NCBI GenBank assembly: GCA_963674945.2
Contig: CAXXWQ010000003.1
Location: 1,120,001-1,184,000, forward strand
Direction: 5' to 3'
DNA: 64,000 bases
DNA from: an uncultured Desulfosarcina sp.
GTDB lineage: Bacteria; Desulfobacterota; Desulfobacteria; Desulfobacterales; Desulfosarcinaceae
Shown: positions 57,924-64,000 of the stretch, one piece after another
Layout: every line of letters begins with the position of its first letter
How positions within the stretch are numbered: the stretch's first letter is position 1
Made by a program: the position numbers and the translations under genes
Notes under the pieces: generated by a model
Seen by the model: the letters and a program-made list of their open reading frames with translations, nothing else
What the model was told of the DNA's origin: nothing
Databases searched by the model: none

Positions 57924-60554
57924 ATGTTTCCAAAAAATCTGCGAACTTTATTCCGCCGCGGGAAGCGGGGCCGCCATTCGCGTGAGCAGCTTATGGCAAT
58001 ATTTCACGGCAAGTACGAAAACTTTCGAACGCTTCTGGCTTCCAATACGGAACTCTTGGAAATCATATCTGATATAGAGCAAAAACTCGAAGGGCAGACC
58101 CCGTTTGGGACCGCCTACCTCGATGCCATAGGCACAAGAACGATTTTCCATACCGCGCGCATGGTCCGTTGCCTCGAGAAGATGTCAAACAAAGCCTATC
58201 CAATACTCGAGAAAAAGCTGACCGAAATCTTCAATCATATCAAAGCGGATTCAGTCCACAAGGAAGCAAAAGTGCTCATCGGTGAACCCATGGTATTGCC
58301 TTACAGCATGATCCGGAGCGCATCGGTTCAGCTGGTGGGAGCGAAAAATGCCGCCGTTTGCGAAATCAAAAACGCCATGGATATTCCCGTCCCCAACGGA
58401 TTTGCCATTACCACCGCTGCGTTCCGACACTTTGTCCAGAGCAATGATTTGTCGGATACGATATTGCGAATGAAGCGCAAGGCCGATCTCATCGAGACGG
58501 AGACGATTCTCGAAGTCAGCAAAACAATTCAGGAGCGGATATTGTCGGCGGCCGTTCCCGACGATCTTGTTCAGGCCATTCAGCAGGCGCACACCCGATT
58601 GATGCACGAACTTACCGAAAATGGAACGCCGGTCAATGTCTCACTGCGAAGCAGCGCCATCGGCGAGGACAGTACTCTTTCTTTCGCCGGCCAATACCTG
58701 ACGGTCCTCAATGTACCGGCTTATCGCCTCGTCGATGATTATCGGCGTATCCTTGCCAGTCTCTTCTCTCCCCAGGCAATTGCCTATCGTCTCCATATGG
58801 CCATTACCTTCGAGGATGCGGTCATGGCCGTGGCATGTCAGGAGACCATCGATGCGTTGGCCAGCGGCGTGATGTATACGAGAAATCCCGTCAATCCGTC
58901 GGAGAATCGGATCATCATCGACGCGGTTTGGGGACTTGGCCCTTTTGCCGTTGATGGTATCGTCCCCCCGGATACCTATATCCTTTCTAAAGACGTTCCT
59001 TCCAGACTGATCTCAGCGACTTCGGTCCCAAAGGAAAAACAGCTGATCGCCAGCCCCGACGGACGAGTGGTGGAAGCGCCGGTCTCCTTCGATTGCCGAA
59101 AACGACCATGCCTGACCGAATCCCAGGCCGCTCTTCTGGCTGAATATGGCCTGCGGTTGGAATCGTATTTTGGCGTGCCCCAAGATGTGGAATGGGCGCT
59201 TGATCGATCTGGGCGTCTTATCATCCTGCAGTCACGGCCGCTCAGGCTGCACGGGGTGCAAACCGATCATCAAGGTCGCCCCCGTACACCGGTCGCCGGA
59301 TATAGGGTATTGATGGAAGGAGGTGAAATCGCCTGCGCGGGGATCGGATTCGGGCCGGTCTTCCATGTCACCGGACAGGCCGACTTGGCAAAATTTCCCG
59401 ATGGCGCGGTGCTGGTCAGTCCATTGGCATCGTCCGAACTCGTCATGGCAATGCCCAAGGCAAAGGCGATCGTCACCGACCTTGGAAATGTCAGCGGCCA
59501 CATGGCATCTCTGTCCCGGGAATACATGATCCCGTCCATCCTTAACCTGACAAATGCCACGGCCAAGCTTGCGCCAGGTACCGCGGTTACCGTGGATGCC
59601 ATTGCCGGCCGGATCTACGAGGGACGTGTTACGGAACTGATGGATTCCCATTACGAATCGACTGGTGTCATGGTCGACACCCCTGCCTGCCGGGATTTGC
59701 GGCGTCGTGCCGACGCGATTGTACCCCTGCATCTGACGGATCCGAGGTCTTCTGATTTCACACCGGAAAATTGCATGACCATCCATGACATCATGCGTTT
59801 CATCCACGAAAAAGCCTACGAAGAAATCTTTCATCTCGGGGACTTGATCACCGATCGGGGAAGTCTCTCCGTGCATTTGGATGCACCGTTGCCCATTGAC
59901 CTGTATATCATCGATCTTGGCGGCGGGCTCGGCATGGACGCCCCACGCATTAACAGCGTTTCTGCGGACCAGGTGACATCAGTTCCATTTTCCGCTCTGC
60001 TGAGGGGAATGCTGCACGACGGCCTGAAGAGTCTCGGGCCTCGGCCCGTTAGCCTCGGCGGTTTCTTCTCCGTGATGACCAGGCAAATGCTTGACCCGCC
60101 CAATCTGACGACGGAGCGGTTCGGTGACCGCAGCTATGCGATCATTTCCGATCGATATATGAATTTCAGTTCCCGCATCGGTTACCACTACAGCGTACTG
60201 GATAGTTATTGCGGGCAGACAACCGCCAAGAATTATATCAATTTTCAGTTCAAGGGGGGGGCGGCCGATGACAAACGGCGCAACCGCCGGGCTCGGTTGA
60301 TCGAACGTGTCCTCTCCGCTCTGGGATTTTTAAGTTCCACCACCAATGACCGGGTATCGGCCCGCATTGCCAAACAGCCCGCTTCCGTTCTAGTGGAAAA
60401 ACTCGATATGGTTGGACGCCTGTTGATTTTCACCCGACAGATGGACATGCTCATGCACAGTGATGCGCTGGTCGAAGATATGGTCAGGGCCTTCTTAAAC
60501 GGCAACTATCAGCTCAAACCCGAGACGATGCGAAAAGACAAAGACCCGACGTAA
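57924..60554 (+). CDS. PEP synthase-like dikinase (ATP-grasp plus phospho-His domain, non-canonical C-terminus)
   Basis: VGAKNA, VPNGFAITT, LRSSAIGED..SFAGQY, SGVMYT, PQDVEWA, LQSRPL, TDLGNVSGHMASLSREY..VTVDA..GRIY; C-terminus is not a PEP/pyruvate TIM barrel. Confidence 0.85.
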   Translation: MFPKNLRTLFRRGKRGRHSREQLMAIFHGKYENFRTLLASNTELLEIISDIEQKLEGQTPFGTAYLDAIGTRTIFHTARMVRCLEKMSNKAYPILEKKLTEIFNHIKADSVHKEAKVLIGEPMVLPYSMIRSASVQLVGAKNAAVCEIKNAMDIPVPNGFAITTAAFRHFVQSNDLSDTILRMKRKADLIETETILEVSKTIQERILSAAVPDDLVQAIQQAHTRLMHELTENGTPVNVSLRSSAIGEDSTLSFAGQYLTVLNVPAYRLVDDYRRILASLFSPQAIAYRLHMAITFEDAVMAVACQETIDALASGVMYTRNPVNPSENRIIIDAVWGLGPFAVDGIVPPDTYILSKDVPSRLISATSVPKEKQLIASPDGRVVEAPVSFDCRKRPCLTESQAALLAEYGLRLESYFGVPQDVEWALDRSGRLIILQSRPLRLHGVQTDHQGRPRTPVAGYRVLMEGGEIACAGIGFGPVFHVTGQADLAKFPDGAVLVSPLASSELVMAMPKAKAIVTDLGNVSGHMASLSREYMIPSILNLTNATAKLAPGTAVTVDAIAGRIYEGRVTELMDSHYESTGVMVDTPACRDLRRRADAIVPLHLTDPRSSDFTPENCMTIHDIMRFIHEKAYEEIFHLGDLITDRGSLSVHLDAPLPIDLYIIDLGGGLGMDAPRINSVSADQVTSVPFSALLRGMLHDGLKSLGPRPVSLGGFFSVMTRQMLDPPNLTTERFGDRSYAIISDRYMNFSSRIGYHYSVLDSYCGQTTAKNYINFQFKGGAADDKRRNRRARLIERVLSALGFLSSTTNDRVSARIAKQPASVLVEKLDMVGRLLIFTRQMDMLMHSDALVEDMVRAFLNGNYQLKPETMRKDKDPT

Positions 60555-60683
60555 GGCCTCCCACCTCAGGCAAATCGGATAGTACCGCGATTCGTTCGCC
60601 TCGTTCCGGCATTCATATCTATGTACAGGTGTACTTAGCGGGGACCCCAAAGCCAACCCCTTTGGCGGTGGTGCCGGGGTCTT

Positions 60684-60920
60684 TTACTTGCAATCAGATC
60701 CCGAAAGACGCCGTATCAGCAGACGTGAGATGATTACCGTCGCCACGGCCATCGGCGGAAATGTTATAAGGAAAAATTGAGACAACGTGTCGGAATCCTG
60801 TTGGCCGATATACATGCAAATCGTCAGCTCGGCCAGCAGCGACACGTTCATGGCAAATACAACAATTCGCTGACGAACGTTGAGACGATCGTTTGGATTG
60901 ATCCGGCGAGGTTCAAACAT
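60684..60920 (-). CDS. Small two-TM membrane protein
   Basis: Hydrophobic ORF with RBS, last gene of the TauE operon. Confidence 0.7.
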   Translation of the reverse strand: MFEPRRINPNDRLNVRQRIVVFAMNVSLLAELTICMYIGQQDSDTLSQFFLITFPPMAVATVIISRLLIRRLSGSDCK

Positions 60921-61006
60921 GACAATATTCTCTTTCTGTACTTCGGCATGGTTCGGTCGCCAAGGGCGACGGATGGCAGCGCCTGGCGACCGAGCCGGGC
61001 CTTGCT

Positions 61007-61348
61007 TTACTTTTTTCTCAGGTCCTGCTTGGAGACATTCATCACACGAAGGGCTGCTTTGCCGGCGTTTTTCTTCGCCCAGGCCAGCCGCAGGATGTCA
61101 CCTGGTTCCGGATGAATGCCGATGGTGGCTTCGGAAACATCGAACACTTCTTCTTCACCGGTCGGCTCTCCATAGGGAAACGCGTCACTGAATCGGGTGT
61201 TGTAGGATTCGATGGTGATCCGTTTGCCGATTTCATCGAACTGGATGCATTTGCCCTGGCTCACCTCTGCGGCCATTGCCGGTGATTCGACAAGGTAACA
61301 TGCCATGGCGATGACAAGAAAAAGGGACAAAAAAGTGCTTTTTTTCAT
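61007..61348 (-). CDS. Exported protein, DUF4881-like
   Basis: Signal peptide, VSQGKCI.FD, ALRVMNVSKQDLRKK; operon context. Confidence 0.6.
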   Translation of the reverse strand: MKKSTFLSLFLVIAMACYLVESPAMAAEVSQGKCIQFDEIGKRITIESYNTRFSDAFPYGEPTGEEEVFDVSEATIGIHPEPGDILRLAWAKKNAGKAALRVMNVSKQDLRKK

Positions 61349-61363
61349 GTTTGTTCCTCCCGT

Positions 61364-62407
61364 CTATACCTTTACGACAATCTTTTCGTGACCTTTTTTC
61401 TCCCGCAATTCCTGGGCAGCACCTTTGAACATAATCCACATGATATAGATACAGATGATGCCGATCGTACCGAGGATCAATATGGCCGCGGGAATTTCAT
61501 ATTTGAACTGTTTAAGGATGATACTGATCATGCAGCACAGCACGGCGGAACCGAAGAGCAGGCGGATGCCATAGCCCTTGGCATATTTTGTGGCGACCGT
61601 GCCGATTTGTGCACCGATGGCGGCGCCGGTAAGCATGACGAATACGGCTACCAGTTCGATGCGGCCTTTGAGTGTGTAGGTGAAGGCACCGTACAGCCCT
61701 GAGATCATGACTTCGAAGAGATCCGTTCCCACGGCGACATGGGTGGGGGTGCCGATGAAGTAGATCAGGGCCGGCATGCGCAAAAGCCCGCCGCCGATGC
61801 CGAGGAAACCGGCAAGGACGCCGGTGGCGAAACTCACCGTGATGGGCAGCCAGGCCGAGCAGTAGATGCCCGATGCCTTAAAGTGCATCATGGGTGGAAT
61901 ATTGATTTTATGCAGGGTCTTGTACCAGGTAAACCCCTCGGTTCCCTTCTCTCCTTCTTCGAGCCCCAATCGTTTGTTTTTGACCGCCTTGGCGTAGTCG
62001 GAAAAGACCATGATAGAGATCAGCAGCAGAAAACCCACGTAGACCCATCGGACCACCGGACCGATCTGTCCGATACGTTCCAGATACATAACCAACTGAG
62101 CACCGCATTCGATGCCGGCCATGGTGCCGAAGACCATGACGATGCCGAGTTTATAATCGACATTGCCGAATTTGGAATGCCGGATCGTGGAGATCATCGA
62201 TTTGCCGGCGATGTGGGCAATGTCCGTTCCGATGGCAAAGGCCATGGGAAATCCCAAAATGTTCAGACCCGGTGTTACCATCCAGGCGCCCCCCATGCCG
62301 AAAAATCCGCCGATCACCCCCACCGAATAACCGATGAGCACCAGACCCGGCCAGAAGATATCCACGCCGGCGATGGGCATGTACATATAAAGCCAAGAAG
62401 TATCCAT
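61364..62407 (-). CDS. Sulfite exporter TauE/SafE family protein
   Basis: GGFFGMGGAWMVTP and AGFLGIGGGLLRMP repeats, AIGTD/AVGTD, multiple TMs. Confidence 0.92.
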   Translation of the reverse strand: MDTSWLYMYMPIAGVDIFWPGLVLIGYSVGVIGGFFGMGGAWMVTPGLNILGFPMAFAIGTDIAHIAGKSMISTIRHSKFGNVDYKLGIVMVFGTMAGIECGAQLVMYLERIGQIGPVVRWVYVGFLLLISIMVFSDYAKAVKNKRLGLEEGEKGTEGFTWYKTLHKINIPPMMHFKASGIYCSAWLPITVSFATGVLAGFLGIGGGLLRMPALIYFIGTPTHVAVGTDLFEVMISGLYGAFTYTLKGRIELVAVFVMLTGAAIGAQIGTVATKYAKGYGIRLLFGSAVLCCMISIILKQFKYEIPAAILILGTIGIICIYIMWIMFKGAAQELREKKGHEKIVVKV

Positions 62408-62426
62408 GAAAGTGTTCCTCCTTTGA

Positions 62427-62723
62427 TCAGTGCTCGACAATTTTGCGGGATTTGAGATCAAGGCCCGTTCGGGACATGATGAAATCCATGAAAAAACCGA
62501 GGATGCATCCCATGGCCGCGGTCAACACCACGGTCCACACGGCGAACATGAAAATATTGGTGTTATACATGTCCGCGAAGTAGTGCATGACCCCCGTCAC
62601 CCTCCGGGTATCGGCCACGACGACGATATTGGTGGCTTTGTCACCACCAGCCAGAACCCATTGCGGCAGCATCCAGAACAATGCCGTCAATACTCCCCTT
62701 CGTCCATACAGTGCGACTTTCAT
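62427..62723 (-). CDS. DVU0150-like small membrane protein
   Basis: IVVVADTR..YN.N..FA...V..T..MG.ILG..MD.IM.RTGLDL.SR...EH; GAGGAGG RBS. Confidence 0.8.
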   Translation of the reverse strand: MKVALYGRRGVLTALFWMLPQWVLAGGDKATNIVVVADTRRVTGVMHYFADMYNTNIFMFAVWTVVLTAAMGCILGFFMDFIMSRTGLDLKSRKIVEH

Positions 62724-62821
62724 TATTTCGTACCTCCTCATTTTCACGGTTTCTGAAGGCACTTCAATCCTTCCTCACGGATTTCCGGCGTTCGTCTTCA
62801 TGCCTTCTCAACCGGGCTCTG

Positions 62822-62837
62822 AGCAACTGTCGTGCCA
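62822..62837 (-). promoter_or_regulatory. Sigma-54 (-24/-12) promoter of the DVU0150-TauE operon
   Basis: Minus strand TGGCACGACAGTTGCT matches the TGGCACG-N4-TTGC consensus. Confidence 0.85.
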
Positions 62838-63146
62838 GGGACAAAGGATATGTTCGGATAGAAAATCAATGGTGATCGATGATGTCGCGCTATCTCTTCA
62901 CGAATGAAAAGTGCACTGTGAAAAGCAAGGATTTGACAGCTTGTAAAAAATGCAGACAGGTGGTGAGAATCGCTTTATTGACCATGATTATATCTGATGA
63001 TTTCGGCAAAAGGATAGCGTCGCTCGCGGTTTGTCCTATTTTCCGGATGTGGGTGATGATCAGACGGGAAAACCGGTGGCTCGTATCCATCCGATCCCGA
63101 AATGGAACACGACCAACAGGATCTGCCGTCGACTGATACGAAAAAA

Positions 63147-63710
63147 CTATTTGCCCTTTTTTCTTGCCCGCCAGCCTCCGATGGGCGAATAGATCGGTTG
63201 CAGCACCTTGCTCATGTCGCGCGCCTGTTCAATCACATAGAATAAATTGGGATCGATCGAACGTACCTGGGGTAAAATCCATTTCAAATCCCTGCGCCGG
63301 CACACGATGTACAATTCATGGACCGGTCCCTTCATCCCTTCACCATGAAAAATCGTGACAGGCTGCCCCTTTCTCCTCAAATATGTTGCCATTTCAGTAC
63401 CGGCGGTACGCGTGATGACCCTCAGAATCACGGATCCGAATGCGAGCTTGCGTTCGACCATGATGCCGACGACATTGCCGGTCGCGTATCCGAAGGCGTA
63501 AAATATCACCAATACCGGCTGATCCTTGATCTGGCCGATCACCGTACTGACAACGGTAATCCAGATGGAAATTTCAAAAATTGCCAGGATAAAAGCGATA
63601 ACCGTTCGCCCCTGTACGGTCACAATCGTCCGGACCGTGCCAATGGAGACATCGCAGATCCGGGCAATAAAAACGAGCAGCCCTGTCCAAAAAATGTTGG
63701 TAGCAAGCAT
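63147..63710 (-). CDS. DUF2179/DUF5698 (UPF0316) membrane protein
   Basis: IARICDVSIGTVR, FEISIW, YAFGYATGNVVG..VE.KLAFG, T...GEG..G, IDP..F. Confidence 0.88.
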   Translation of the reverse strand: MLATNIFWTGLLVFIARICDVSIGTVRTIVTVQGRTVIAFILAIFEISIWITVVSTVIGQIKDQPVLVIFYAFGYATGNVVGIMVERKLAFGSVILRVITRTAGTEMATYLRRKGQPVTIFHGEGMKGPVHELYIVCRRRDLKWILPQVRSIDPNLFYVIEQARDMSKVLQPIYSPIGGWRARKKGK

Positions 63711-63765
63711 TTTTCCCCATTAATAACAAAGCAATAAAAACGGTATTGGGTGATGTGCCAATTGA

Positions 63766-63781
63766 AGCAATTGCTATGCCT
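63766..63781 (-). promoter_or_regulatory. Possible sigma-54 promoter
   Basis: Minus strand AGGCATAGCAATTGCT (GG-N10-GC) about 55 bp upstream of the start. Confidence 0.55.
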
Positions 63782-64000
63782 TGAACAAGAGCCTTAAAGT
63801 AAGGCGGAATTATTCGTGAAGAACGGGAAAACAGACATTCGAGTTCTCTTTCTCTCAAGAAACATGACATCGAATGTCGTGAATTGACAAAAAATGTGAC
63901 TGTGGCCTGCGCTGCCCCATCCAGGTGTACCGTTTTTTTAAAATTATGTTCACATAGATGGCGATAATACCGGGTGAAAAAAAATATCACCCAATTGTTC

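Overview
Chromosomal window that looks like a sulfate-reducing Desulfobacterota member (Desulfosarcina/Desulfobacteraceae-like; inferred from gene content, not checked against a database). 1-19 kb is a GC-rich core block on the minus strand: ribF, def-fmt-rsmB, a type II secretion cluster (gspF,G,H,I,J,K,L,M,N,C,D,E; GspD carries a C-terminal SPOR-like domain) and a YidD-like/TPR/PASTA trio, with several palindromic or heptameric intergenic repeats. tRNA-Leu(CAG) at 19056 opens a more AT-rich mosaic region (about 19.3-31 kb). It holds a partly duplicated hydrolase gene, two intact toxin-antitoxin pairs and one decayed one, an ISAzo13-family IS, a beta-barrel gene bracketed by inverted repeats, an orphan BlaI, and a decayed integron-cassette array (attC sites plus group II intron scars, no integrase). 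31-43 kb has a TolC/HlyD/ABC-permease exporter with no ATPase, HPP and HDOD proteins, an XRE-cupin regulator with an acyl-CoA synthetase, malic enzyme and several gene remnants. 44-58 kb has a large-transposase IS and a signalling cluster (CheB/CheR fusion with a nonsense codon, kinase, NarL-type regulator, frameshifted DegQ, two receivers, Lpp-like lipoprotein and L,D-transpeptidase) that shares a repeated 18-bp palindromic box. 58-64 kb is a sigma-54-type module: an atypical PEP-synthase-like dikinase convergent with DVU0150-like, TauE and DUF4881-like genes. All calls come from reading motifs by eye; no searches were run.
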